From the NCBI GenBank assembly GCA_947053645.1, contig CAMRTM010000001.1:105583-169582 (forward strand): a stretch of 64,000 nucleotides of DNA, read 5' to 3'. A program made the position numbers and the translations under genes. Below, one piece after another: positions 1 through 9,225 of this stretch; within the stretch, counting starts at the first letter, position 1, and each line of letters starts with the position of its first letter. The DNA is from an uncultured Bacillota bacterium. GTDB taxonomy: Bacteria; Bacillota; Clostridia; Christensenellales; UBA1242. A model generated the notes under the pieces. The model did not search any database, had not been told where the DNA came from, and saw only the letters and a list, made by a program, of their open reading frames with translations.

Positions 1-278
1 AGATATCTTCCTGTATAATAGCAATGTCCACCAAAGATGCCGAGAAAAATGGTATACAAAAGCAGTCTTATAAAACTGACATCACTTGGAAGAGTTTTTG
101 TCTTAATTATAAAACTTCGGTCGCCACGCAATTTTTTGCGTTTTGCATCTTTATTTGTGGCAAGAGCAAGTCTTTCAAACCTAAGCCCACAATCTTCGCA
201 GACCTCTGTGCTTTCAATAGTTTTCAGTCCGCACCGTGGACAAGTTTTCATTTTTACCCTTGGCTTTCTATTTAACAT
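1..278 (-). CDS. Zinc-ribbon + TM2-domain membrane protein (partial, runs off the window start)
   Basis: Hand translation from ATG 278: MLNRKPRVKMKTCPRCGLKTIESTEVCEDCGLRF...IRLLLYTIFLGIFGGHCYYTGRY. Two CxxC pairs, then a TM2-like LxIFLGxFGxHxYYxGR motif. Not in the ORF track. Confidence 0.7.
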   Translation of the reverse strand, partial: MLNRKPRVKMKTCPRCGLKTIESTEVCEDCGLRFERLALATNKDAKRKKLRGDRSFIIKTKTLPSDVSFIRLLLYTIFLGIFGGHCYYTGRY

Positions 279-313
279 GGCATTATTTTATCACTTAGTG
301 CACTTTCTGTCAA

Positions 314-1768
314 TTAATAATCTTCTTTATTTGCCTTTTCTAATGCTTTATTATAATAAATATATGAAGGTTTATCTTCTGGAACAAGTCTTAGAAGTTC
401 TTCAAATTCCCTTGCACTTTCACTATATCGCCCGTCGTTATACTTTCTAACTGCAAGTTCAAATTTACTTTTTAGGTGAATTAATTTTTCGCGTCTATCT
501 CTTGGATAAATCTCCATGCTTTCAAATAGTGGAAGGCTGTTGTTTTCATCTAAAGAAAGCGAGCCAAGATAACGATAATTAAATCTATATTTCGATGGCA
601 CTTCATTAAGCACTGATTGTGTGAAAATTATCTTAGTATGAAGAAACTTATTTATATCTTCAAGTTTGGTAGCAAGTTCTACTACATCAGATACTATTGT
701 CGGACTTTTTCGTTCCTCTTCCCCTACTATTCCAAAAATGATATCTCCAGTATGGACACTTATCTTTGCATCCACTGGAGGTAGGTCACGATGAGTTTTA
801 TTCTTTATCTCGATTGTCCTTACTATTGCATGGGCACAATCTATTGCATTTTGCGGGCGTGGAAACACCGCCAAAATCCCCTCGCCCATATACTTATCGA
901 CAAAGCCATCATATCTCCTTATCACTGGCGATACAACATTTAGGTAAGAGTTTATGAAATTAAAGTTTTCTTCCAAACTTAAACTTCGACTTATTTCAGT
1001 TGCACTATTTAAATTACAATACAGCGTGGTTGCAGTCTTTTTAACTTGATTTCCTAGTTCAAGTTCGGCGATGCTACTTTTTCCCAAAAACTTCAAAAAC
1101 TGTCTTGGAATGAATTTCTGTGCTTCAAGGTCGGTTTGCCTTAATTTATTATCTTTCTCTTTATAGTTGTAATTTATTTTATTTATTGAATGTTCCATTG
1201 ATTGGAACTGCTTACTCTTACCTATATTTAATCTATCCTCTTTAAGCCCTCCATCGCTTAAGCGTGAAAGCACTTTTTCTATCTTATTCACTGGGCGGCA
1301 GATGAACATATACATTAAAAATATACTTGTTATGTAGGCTATTGATATTAACACTACCCAAAGTACAGTGTTATACACATTGGTTGTAGATATATTAAGC
1401 ACGCTTCGTACCGAGGTAGCAAGCGGACTTGTCATTCTGGGCACAGATGTAAGAAGATAGACCCCTACTCCATAGCTAAGTGTAAGCGGAAGTGTGGAAA
1501 AAAACAGCACTTTACTTAGTGTTTGTGTACGAAGAAATCTTAAAAATAATATTCCGCCGAAAATGCCATTTAGCGTCATTACCGCAATTCCAACATATGC
1601 CCATGTATCAAAAGATATACTGAAACCGCCCTCTATCGGTTTTATTCCATTAATAACAAACTGCCCAAGATAGATTGCTGGAGGCAGTGTGAGTACAAAT
1701 AATGCGATTAATATCTTTGTTGACAATTTCATAACTTTATCTTTTGCAATCTTTTTAATTGTATTCAT
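314..1768 (-). CDS. Membrane-bound class III adenylate/guanylate cyclase-like protein, catalytic residues substituted
   Basis: About 4 N-terminal TM segments and a HAMP-like linker. Cyclase core ATTLYCNLNS...VDKYMGEGILAVF...ISVHTGDIIFGIVG...TIVSDVVELATKLE, then a TPR-like C-terminal helix pair. Confidence 0.85.
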   Translation of the reverse strand: MNTIKKIAKDKVMKLSTKILIALFVLTLPPAIYLGQFVINGIKPIEGGFSISFDTWAYVGIAVMTLNGIFGGILFLRFLRTQTLSKVLFFSTLPLTLSYGVGVYLLTSVPRMTSPLATSVRSVLNISTTNVYNTVLWVVLISIAYITSIFLMYMFICRPVNKIEKVLSRLSDGGLKEDRLNIGKSKQFQSMEHSINKINYNYKEKDNKLRQTDLEAQKFIPRQFLKFLGKSSIAELELGNQVKKTATTLYCNLNSATEISRSLSLEENFNFINSYLNVVSPVIRRYDGFVDKYMGEGILAVFPRPQNAIDCAHAIVRTIEIKNKTHRDLPPVDAKISVHTGDIIFGIVGEEERKSPTIVSDVVELATKLEDINKFLHTKIIFTQSVLNEVPSKYRFNYRYLGSLSLDENNSLPLFESMEIYPRDRREKLIHLKSKFELAVRKYNDGRYSESAREFEELLRLVPEDKPSYIYYNKALEKANKEDY

Positions 1769-1803
1769 GTAATAATTTTTTCAATACTACACATCCTTAA
1801 TCT

Positions 1804-2256
1804 ATGGAGGAAAACATGGAAGAAAAAAATACCATTTATCTTAACTGCGTCTACCAGAATATTAGAACTGCTGTTCAATCTATTGAGGACATCATTACAA
1901 AGGTAGAAGATGTTGCTCTGAAAGAAGAATTGGCACTTGAAGAAGACACCTATCTTGCATTTCAAAGAGAATGTGAGGTCTATGCTAAAAGCGAAAAACT
2001 TGACATCAAAGACAATAATTTCATGGAAAAAGCCCGTCTTTGGGGTTCAATCAATATGTCTACACTTATGGATAAGTCTGCCCGTCATATCGCGGAAGTT
2101 ATGCTTTTAGGGACTTTTATGGGTGTGCTTACCTGCTATAAAGACCAAAATGACCATGGCGGAGAAAACAAGGAAATAGACGAACTACTTGAGCGTCTTA
2201 AAGAATTTGAACGCAAGAATATTGAAAGGCTTCTCCCTTTCTTAAAGGAAAACTAA
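1804..2256 (+). CDS. Conserved clostridial hypothetical protein, helical ferritin-like bundle
   Basis: GGAGG RBS before ATG 1816. Pattern LNxxYQN...INMSTLMDKSARHIAEVMLLGTFMGV resembles a widespread clostridial family. Confidence 0.6.
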   Translation: MEENMEEKNTIYLNCVYQNIRTAVQSIEDIITKVEDVALKEELALEEDTYLAFQRECEVYAKSEKLDIKDNNFMEKARLWGSINMSTLMDKSARHIAEVMLLGTFMGVLTCYKDQNDHGGENKEIDELLERLKEFERKNIERLLPFLKEN

Positions 2257-3110
2257 ATCTTAAATATTTCGGCAAAAGTGGTGCTAAGTGGGAAGCGTAA
2301 ACTCCAGCGAAGTACCACTTTTTCATCCACAAGTTTTGTTTGCCCATCCCCCACTACATAAAATATCGTAAAGCGATTTGGCTCTATTTTTTTCATTGCT
2401 TGAAGCAAAGTGTTAGAATAACTTATCACTATTGTGTAAGGGCGGGAAAATGGCTTTATTTTTCGATTAAACAAATTCACTTTCTCGTACTTAGATTCAC
2501 TTTTTGTCTGCATGAGTCCACCTAACATAAAGCAGGCGGCAAGTGCAAAGGTTGGATTATAATCATAGGTGCAGGAGTATATAAACAATCCCATAAATAA
2601 TATTGAAAACAGCAAATTGGCGATGGTGATTATTTTCATCGCTTTTTTTCTTGAAATTCGTCCGCTTAGTATAGATATAAATATTCTGCCACCGTCAAGC
2701 GGATAGGCTGGTAAAAGATTAAATAATGCAAGAAGTATTGACTGGGACACAAATATATCTGTAAAGCCATAAAGCACTGGGAATATCCACCATAATGCAA
2801 CTGCTATTATTGACATTGTAATATTAACTATTGGTCCCGCAACTGCTATTTTAAATTCATCACTCCCTTCAAATGTTTTATCTTTGTAATTTAGGCTTAC
2901 ACCATATGGTGCAAGAAAAAATGAATCTAATTTATAGCCCAGTTTCTTTGCAACAAAGTAATGTCCTAGTTCGTGGGTTAGCACCACCCCTACAAAAATA
3001 AAAAAGGCGGAGATCTGCCCTGTGACTAAAAACCATAAAAACAAGAGCAAAAATGTGGGATGAAGCGGGAATTTTTTCTTACCATCTTTTCCCCTTTTTA
3101 TAGTCCGCAT
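2253..3110 (-). CDS. spoIVFB: M50 family intramembrane metalloprotease, SpoIVFB-like
   Basis: HELGH zinc motif, AGP motif and NLLPAYPLDGGR. Start moved to ATG 3110, which has an AGGAG RBS. Confidence 0.85.
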   Translation of the reverse strand: MRTIKRGKDGKKKFPLHPTFLLLFLWFLVTGQISAFFIFVGVVLTHELGHYFVAKKLGYKLDSFFLAPYGVSLNYKDKTFEGSDEFKIAVAGPIVNITMSIIAVALWWIFPVLYGFTDIFVSQSILLALFNLLPAYPLDGGRIFISILSGRISRKKAMKIITIANLLFSILFMGLFIYSCTYDYNPTFALAACFMLGGLMQTKSESKYEKVNLFNRKIKPFSRPYTIVISYSNTLLQAMKKIEPNRFTIFYVVGDGQTKLVDEKVVLRWSLRFPLSTTFAEIFKI

Positions 3111-3250
3111 AAGGCTAGCACTCCTAAAGTCACACACGCTATAATCAAAAGGCAAAAGACACCTTTTAATATTTTAATCCGACTGAACCTTACCTTTATT
3201 TTTACCGGATTATAGTTTTCTCCATAACTTTTTACTCTTTTTTCTTGCAT
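3098..3250 (-). CDS. 50-aa single-TM small protein overlapping the spoIVFB start
   Basis: Hand translation MQEKRVKSYGENYNPVKIKVRFSRIKILKGVFCLLIIACVTLGVLALCGL*. Basic N-terminus plus one hydrophobic helix; the stop overlaps the spoIVFB start. Confidence 0.5.
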   Translation of the reverse strand: MQEKRVKSYGENYNPVKIKVRFSRIKILKGVFCLLIIACVTLGVLALCGL

Positions 3251-3275
3251 AGATTAATATATGGTAAATCTAAAT

Positions 3276-3302
3276 AAAAAAGCACTTTCAAAATGCTTTT
3301 TT
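3276..3302 (-). terminator. Intrinsic terminator after scpB
   Basis: AAAAAAGCAC-TTTCAAAA-TGCTTTTTT hairpin flanked by A/T runs. Confidence 0.6.
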
Positions 3303-3969
3303 ATGCTATATCATCGCTTTTGATTTCTTCTACTTGCTCTCCTTTTAGAAAGTCCGGAAGGTCTTCGGTGAACTCTATATCCTCTACATTTCTGAAAAGA
3401 GTGTCTTCCTTCTCATCCTCTTCCTCTCTGATTACTGTTATACGCTCTAGAAGTTCCTCATAATCAGGTAGATCTGAAAGATTTGTAAGGTTAAATCTCT
3501 TTAAGAAGTTTTCGGTGGTACCAAACATAAGTGGTTTACCAACTGCGTCTTTTCTGCCTACTACCTCTATCATATTTTGATCTATAAGTACTTGTACGGC
3601 ATAATCGGCATTTACCCTTCTTATATCTTCTATTTCGAGTTTTGTAATTGGTTGTTTATATGCAACAATCGCAAGTGTTTCTAGTGCGGCACGGGTAAGA
3701 GATTTCTCCCTTATTGGATTTAGCACCTGTGAAATGTATTCGGCAAAGTTTGGATTAGAAGAAAGTTGCACCTTATTTTTATAAGTGATTACATGTATAC
3801 CATTCTCGCCTGTGTACTCCTTTTTTAACTCCTCTATAGCCTTCTCAACCTCTTTCTCACTTACTTCAAGTTTTTCAGCGATAAAACTTTTTTCAATCCC
3901 ATCACCTGAAACGAAAAGTATGGAAAGCACCACATTTTTTAAGTTCATGATTGTATCTATACTACTCAT
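3301..3969 (-). CDS. scpB: SMC-Scp complex subunit ScpB
   Basis: LTRAALETLAIVAYKQPITKLEIEDIRRVN and GRKDAVGKPLMFGTTENFLKRF. Confidence 0.97.
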   Translation of the reverse strand: MSSIDTIMNLKNVVLSILFVSGDGIEKSFIAEKLEVSEKEVEKAIEELKKEYTGENGIHVITYKNKVQLSSNPNFAEYISQVLNPIREKSLTRAALETLAIVAYKQPITKLEIEDIRRVNADYAVQVLIDQNMIEVVGRKDAVGKPLMFGTTENFLKRFNLTNLSDLPDYEELLERITVIREEEDEKEDTLFRNVEDIEFTEDLPDFLKGEQVEEIKSDDIA

Positions 3970-4730
3970 TCTGTCACCTCATTTGAAATTATATTTATCT
4001 GTGAAAATATACCAGATTGCTCAGCACGAATCGTTTGTAGTTTTAAAAGTTCCAAGAGTGCCAAAAACACATTTATCATCTCACTCTTTGTCATATCATT
4101 GACAAAAAGTTCCTCGAATGGAAAGCGTTTATGCCCTCTCGCATAGTCACGAATGGAAACCATCTTCTCAGCCACCGTAAATCTATCTTTTGCAATCTTT
4201 TTGGGTTCTTCTTTCTCCTTCCCTCTTGCCTCTGCTCTTGTCAGCAGTTTTGCAAAAGCGTCAAGAAGTTTATCAAGCACCATGTCTTTAATTACAATTT
4301 TAACTTTTTCGGTTTCTTTGCCTGCCGGACGATAGAGTTTATTAATATCTTCAATCTCTCTTAGGCGTTGTCCTGTTTCTTTAAAAAGTTCATATTCCTT
4401 AAGTCTTCTTAGAAGAAGAGTTTCACTATCCTCTTCCTCAGATTCTTCCTCGACTTCGACTGGCAAAAGATGTTTTGACTTAATTTCAAGAAGGGTGGCT
4501 GCAACTATAATAAATTCGCTTGCCCTATCCATATCAATATTATCAAGGTCTGCCATGTACGCCATATACTGCTCGGTTATATCAGCGAGTTTTACCGTCA
4601 TAATGTCTAGTTTACTGTCTTTTATAAGGTGCAAAAGAAGATCGAGTGGCCCCTCGAAATTATCAAGTTTGAAACGATATTTATCATCTATGAAACTGAG
4701 TTGTTCAGTTTGCACCTGTTCTGCCGTCAT
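3966..4730 (-). CDS. scpA: Segregation and condensation protein ScpA
   Basis: FEGPLDLLLHLI, ASEFIIVAATLLEIKSKHLLP and FLALLELLK; adjacent to scpB. Confidence 0.97.
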   Translation of the reverse strand: MTAEQVQTEQLSFIDDKYRFKLDNFEGPLDLLLHLIKDSKLDIMTVKLADITEQYMAYMADLDNIDMDRASEFIIVAATLLEIKSKHLLPVEVEEESEEEDSETLLLRRLKEYELFKETGQRLREIEDINKLYRPAGKETEKVKIVIKDMVLDKLLDAFAKLLTRAEARGKEKEEPKKIAKDRFTVAEKMVSIRDYARGHKRFPFEELFVNDMTKSEMINVFLALLELLKLQTIRAEQSGIFSQINIISNEVTE

Positions 4731-4836
4731 TTTCTCTCCGTTTACTTTTGTACTCGCATAATTATTTTAGCAAATTATAAATATAAAAAGCAAGCGAAAT
4801 TAAAAGAAATAAAAAACCGCGTTATGCGGTTCTTTT

Positions 4837-4881
4837 AGATTTCTCCACTTTGCAATAAAAGGTTGCGTCAGTCGAAATGAC
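4837..4881 (+). repeat. GTCAT-tagged REP-like palindrome, single copy
   Basis: AGATTTCTCC...GTCGAAATGAC, the same ends as other copies in the window. Confidence 0.8.
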
Positions 4882-4894
4882 TAGAAGAGAACTT

Positions 4895-6055
4895 TTACCA
4901 TTCATGGACTATTTTATCAAAGCAATCTTTTAAAGAAAGTTTTTCTAGCGTTTCATTTACAACAAGGCTGATTTCTTTTACAACCTGTCCGTCCTTAGAG
5001 ATTATCGCTTTTCCTACCTCTTCACCTGCTTTTCTTGGTGCAGAAATTTTTTCAGGAAGTTCATAACTTACTTCAAAACTGGATTTATCACCCTTCTTTG
5101 TTACTACACTATAGTCTTCAGATGAGAAGATGTCAACGCTTTCTTTCTTACCCTTATTGACTGGCATATTTTTGCATGGGGTGCTGCTATCAAGCAAACT
5201 CTTATTTTCAAAGTTTGCAAAGCCATAATTAAAAAGACTTGAACATTCATTAAAGCGTGTTTTACTATTTGGTGCACCTACAATAACTGAGATAAGACGC
5301 ATGTTATTTCTTTTAGCACTAGCACTTAGGCAACATCCTGCTTCATTGGTTGAACCAGTCTTACCACCATCACAACCCTCATAATATCTTATAAGTCTAT
5401 TTGTGTTTACAAGTTCGGTTTTTCTTCCTGATGGATGTGTCAGTTCGTCCATCCAAATGGTGGAATATTTATGGTAATTTTCATGCTCGGCTACTGCTTT
5501 AAGCACAATCGCACTATCTTTTGCACAAGAATATTGCTCTGGTGCTGGAAGCCCAGTACAATTAGAATAATTGGTATCATTCATACCAAGTTCTTCTGCA
5601 CGCTTATTCATCTTTTGAACAAAAGTCTTTTCACTTCCGCTTATATGCTCTGCAAGCGCTACTGAAGCGTCATTTGCTGATGCCATAATGACACTTTTAA
5701 GTAAATCCTCTGCCCTATACTCTACAAATGGGTCAATGAATACTTGGCTGCCACCCATACTTGAAGCATTCTCTGTGGTGGTTATCATAGTGTCAAGAGT
5801 TAAATTTCCATTATCAATTTCTTCTAGCGTAAGAAGAATTGTCATCATCTTGACCATACTGGCCACTGGAAGATGCTCGGTAGAGTTCTTCTCATAGAGA
5901 ATTTGCCCTGATTTATAGTCAACTAGGCAAGCACTTTTAGAGGAGATATCTATATCTCCAGTTGCCATTACTGGCAGCACTGTTTGCATACTAGTACAAC
6001 ATATTGTGGCTAGTACGCATAAAATTAGTAGACTAGATACAAAAAACTTTTTCAT
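4895..6055 (-). CDS. dacF: D-alanyl-D-alanine carboxypeptidase (S11), DacF-like
   Basis: SMVK (SxxK), SAN (SxN) and KTG motifs, signal peptide and PBP5 C-terminal domain; next to spoIIM. Confidence 0.85.
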   Translation of the reverse strand: MKKFFVSSLLILCVLATICCTSMQTVLPVMATGDIDISSKSACLVDYKSGQILYEKNSTEHLPVASMVKMMTILLTLEEIDNGNLTLDTMITTTENASSMGGSQVFIDPFVEYRAEDLLKSVIMASANDASVALAEHISGSEKTFVQKMNKRAEELGMNDTNYSNCTGLPAPEQYSCAKDSAIVLKAVAEHENYHKYSTIWMDELTHPSGRKTELVNTNRLIRYYEGCDGGKTGSTNEAGCCLSASAKRNNMRLISVIVGAPNSKTRFNECSSLFNYGFANFENKSLLDSSTPCKNMPVNKGKKESVDIFSSEDYSVVTKKGDKSSFEVSYELPEKISAPRKAGEEVGKAIISKDGQVVKEISLVVNETLEKLSLKDCFDKIVHEW

Positions 6056-6074
6056 AATCACTCCTTTATGAAAA

Positions 6075-6103
6075 TAGTTTTTTCCAAAATTATTATTTTA
6101 TAC
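6075..6103 (-). promoter_or_regulatory. Possible sigmaF/G-type promoter of dacF
   Basis: On the minus strand GTATA-N13-GGAAAAAACTA resembles the B. subtilis sigmaF consensus GYATA / GGnnAnAHTA; the spacing is imperfect. Confidence 0.35.
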
Positions 6104-6126
6104 TATGCAAAATGATGAATAATTCC

Positions 6127-6741
6127 TTATATCACAATGATTACATTAGCATTGAAGATTAGCAAAAGCAATGTTTCTAATAGACATACTATTGCCATTA
6201 CCAGCAGAAATATCAATATTATTTTAAACCTTTCTCCCCCGCCTCCATAACATCTTCTATCACAACTACATTTATTTAAACTATAGAAATAAAAAGTAAG
6301 CAGTAATACTAACAAGATTTGGCAAGGAAGGATTACAAAAATTGATATTATTATTCCTGACACACCATAAGTGATAAGCATTAGACAAAAATTAAATCCA
6401 AGAAGATAGGAGCGAAATGCAAGAATAAGAATTGCAAGCGGTGTAAGAAATGGAGTAAATGAACATCCAAACAATAACAACATTACAAGTATGATTGAAA
6501 GAAGTCTTGAAAAAAACGATGTTGTTATTCCACTACCCACGAAGTCGACAATACCATAATCATGTAAAATGTTAATTGAAGCGCTGGAATTATATTTCAC
6601 TGCGAGTATTATACCTAGTACCAAACTTACAAAAAGTATAAATGACGAAATTATCAGTTTCATTTTTGACGCTGACAGACAATCTAATAAAAAATATTTT
6701 AGTTCTGAGAAAAAAGTCTGTTTTTTGTAGGATTTTGACAT
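6127..6741 (-). CDS. spoIIM: Stage II sporulation protein M-like membrane protein
   Basis: Multi-TM protein with FRSYLLGF and VILPCQILL motifs, upstream of dacF, with a sigmaE-like promoter. The ORF-track extension to 6852 runs through REP DNA. Confidence 0.7.
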   Translation of the reverse strand: MSKSYKKQTFFSELKYFLLDCLSASKMKLIISSFILFVSLVLGIILAVKYNSSASINILHDYGIVDFVGSGITTSFFSRLLSIILVMLLLFGCSFTPFLTPLAILILAFRSYLLGFNFCLMLITYGVSGIIISIFVILPCQILLVLLLTFYFYSLNKCSCDRRCYGGGGERFKIILIFLLVMAIVCLLETLLLLIFNANVIIVI

Positions 6742-6746
6742 ATTAT

Positions 6747-6775
6747 AAAATATGTTATATATTAGGTTAATATGA
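6747..6775 (-). promoter_or_regulatory. sigmaE-type promoter of spoIIM
   Basis: Minus strand TCATATT-N14-CATATTTT matches the B. subtilis sigmaE consensus; ATG follows 5 nt later with no SD. Confidence 0.65.
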
Positions 6776-6787
6776 TAGAAAAAATAT

Positions 6788-7016
6788 AGATTTCTCCGCT
6801 GCGGGCTACGCCCTTCGGTCGAAATGACAGAAGGAAGGCTGAGAACAATCACTTCTATTTCGGTCGAAATGACGGGGTCTTGGGCGGTTTCTTGTGGTTG
6901 TGTATGTTGCTTTAGATTTCTCCGCTACTATCGAAAAAATGACATGGGAAATGGGCATCTGTCGAAATGACAGAAGGAGGGCTGGATACAATCACTTCCA
7001 CTTCGATTGAAATTAC
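6788..7016 (+). repeat. REP-like cluster with internal tandem duplication
   Basis: GTCGAAATGAC ends near 6820, 6865 and 6962 plus a degenerate fourth. The spacer GACAGAAGGA.GGCTG...ACAATCACTTC is repeated twice. Confidence 0.85.
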
Positions 7017-7097
7017 GCAGCCCTGAGTATTTATCCTAATTATAAAAAATGATTAAAATACATTGACTAAGTGACAAAAAAAAGAGGCTTTTGCCTC

Positions 7098-8303
7098 TTA
7101 ATAAATTTCCTGTAGTTTTTCTGCAAAGATTTTAACATGCTCATATGTTAGACCGCCTTGAAAGTATGCTATATACGGTTTTTTGATTGGACTATCACAA
7201 CTTAGTTCTATGCTTGAACCACCGACAAATGTCCCTGCTGCCATAATAACTTTATCTTCATACCCCGGCATTGCCCACGGCATTGGCAATACAAAACTAT
7301 CAATTGGAGAAATTGTTTGCACCGTTTGTACAAATTTGATAAGTTCTTCCTCGCTGTTAAAAACAACCGATTTTATAATATCATAAGCCTCTTCCTGCGA
7401 GGCTGGTATTACCTTATACCCCTTTTCCTCCATAACCTTACCTACAAGGTAGCCACCTTTGATTGCCTGAGCCACTGTGTGTGGAGCGAGAAATAATCCT
7501 TGGTAGAAAAGCCTATAACCACTTTCATATGACCCTACTTCAAGAAGTAGTGAAGGAGAGGTATAACGAGTTGCAATTCTATTGATTGCCTTTTCACTTC
7601 CCACAATATACCCGCCTGTTGGGGCAAGTCCCCCACCGATATTCTTTATCAGCGAACCAACTGCAACATCTGCGCCGACCTCGGTTGGCTCACGCGTTTC
7701 TACAAATTCGCCATAACAATTGTCTACAACAATAAAACTGTCCTTTGGCATTACCGCCCTAACCATCTGGAAAGCCTTTTCAAGAACTTCAATAGAAAAG
7801 GCTTTACGGCTGGAATACCCTCTTGAGCGTTGAAAGAAAACAACCTTTGGTTTCTTTGATTTTACCTTTTTTACAAGAGCATCTACATCTATCTCTCCAT
7901 TCTTAAGTTCTATTTGATTGTAACTTATCTTAAATTCTTCTAGCGAGCCATTGTCCTTACCAAATATTGTATCATGGAGGGTATCATACAAATCGCCAGT
8001 GGCTGAAAGAAGAAGGTCATTTGGCCTTAACAAACCATAAAGTACTGTAGATATTGCATGTGAGCCGCAAGTGATTAGTGGCGACACTATCGCTTTTTCT
8101 GTGCCAAAAATTTCAGCATAGAGTTTTGCAAGGTTATCTCGCCCCATATCGTCATACCCATAGCCTGTACTACCCGCAAAACATTGTGAGGAAATTCTAT
8201 TATTAATAAAGGCATTTAATACCTTTTTTTGATTATAGAATGCCACTTCATCTACCCGTTTAAATTGCTCTTTTAAACTATTCTCTATTTTCTCTAAGTT
8301 CAT
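7098..8303 (-). CDS. Methionine gamma-lyase family PLP protein (YnbB / aluminium resistance family)
   Basis: STGYGYDDMGRD, QRSRGYS, VDNCYGEF, GSLIKNIGGGLAPTGGY and MAAGTFVGGSSIELSCD. Confidence 0.92.
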   Translation of the reverse strand: MNLEKIENSLKEQFKRVDEVAFYNQKKVLNAFINNRISSQCFAGSTGYGYDDMGRDNLAKLYAEIFGTEKAIVSPLITCGSHAISTVLYGLLRPNDLLLSATGDLYDTLHDTIFGKDNGSLEEFKISYNQIELKNGEIDVDALVKKVKSKKPKVVFFQRSRGYSSRKAFSIEVLEKAFQMVRAVMPKDSFIVVDNCYGEFVETREPTEVGADVAVGSLIKNIGGGLAPTGGYIVGSEKAINRIATRYTSPSLLLEVGSYESGYRLFYQGLFLAPHTVAQAIKGGYLVGKVMEEKGYKVIPASQEEAYDIIKSVVFNSEEELIKFVQTVQTISPIDSFVLPMPWAMPGYEDKVIMAAGTFVGGSSIELSCDSPIKKPYIAYFQGGLTYEHVKIFAEKLQEIY

Positions 8304-9205
8304 AGCCACTCCTTAATTATATGTTCTATCTGCAGCTTTCCATCTTCGTAATCTTTTACTTCTATTTCATCTACTTTGTACTGCTTTGACAGCCCCCTAA
8401 GATATGTGAGTTGTCTTTTAGCATAATGGCGTGAGTTTTGCTTAATCTTTTCTTCCATTTCACTGATTGAGATTTTTCCTTCAATATATTCTAAAGTTTC
8501 CTTATAGCCTATTGCACCCATGGCTTGACAGGTTTTATCATAACTTGCTAGTAAGGTTTTTACCTCTTCAACAAGCCCTTCTTGTAACATTTGCTCTACC
8601 CTCTTATTTATTCTTTGATACAACATCTCCCGCGGAAGATTTAGAGCAAATATTTTATAGTCATACGGACAATCTTCTTTACTTTGTTTCTGTCCAAATG
8701 TGGCTATCTCTAGAGCGCGTATCAATCTTACTTTATTATTTTTATCAATATTTTCAGCAAGGGTTTTATCTAGTTGTTTTAGTTTCTCATACCCCCAGTC
8801 TAGTCCATTTACATTTATTTCTCTTTCAAGATTTTCACGAAATTCAATATTTCTTTGAGTTCCACCGAAATTGTAACCTCCAAGAAGTGCTGAAACATAT
8901 AGCCCTGTCCCACCGACTACAATAGGCAATTTCCCCCTACTTGATATTTCTTCAATTTCTTCACGGGTCTTTGTCACAAAATCACTGACGGTAAAGTATT
9001 CAGTAGGCTCGCAAATATCTATATTATAATGCTTTACACCTTCCATCTCACTTTTTTTAATCTTCGCAGAACCAATGTCAAAACCTTTATATATTTGCAC
9101 AGAGTCAGAAGAAATTATCTCGCCATTAAAATTTTTAGCGAGATTAATTGCCATTTTGCTTTTGCCCACTCCTGTGGGACCAAATATAAACACTACTTTT
9201 TGCAT
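8300..9205 (-). CDS. miaA: tRNA dimethylallyltransferase
   Basis: GPTGVGKS, DSVQIYKGFDIGSAK, VGGTGLY and HYAKRQLT. Confidence 0.97.
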   Translation of the reverse strand: MQKVVFIFGPTGVGKSKMAINLAKNFNGEIISSDSVQIYKGFDIGSAKIKKSEMEGVKHYNIDICEPTEYFTVSDFVTKTREEIEEISSRGKLPIVVGGTGLYVSALLGGYNFGGTQRNIEFRENLEREINVNGLDWGYEKLKQLDKTLAENIDKNNKVRLIRALEIATFGQKQSKEDCPYDYKIFALNLPREMLYQRINKRVEQMLQEGLVEEVKTLLASYDKTCQAMGAIGYKETLEYIEGKISISEMEEKIKQNSRHYAKRQLTYLRGLSKQYKVDEIEVKDYEDGKLQIEHIIKEWL

Positions 9206-9225
9206 ATTATTTTTTTCGCGATGAA

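Noticed and set aside
6742-6991. N-terminal extension of spoIIM and ORF 6806-6991
   Set aside because: Both run through REP sequence; the sigmaE-like promoter supports the start at 6741.
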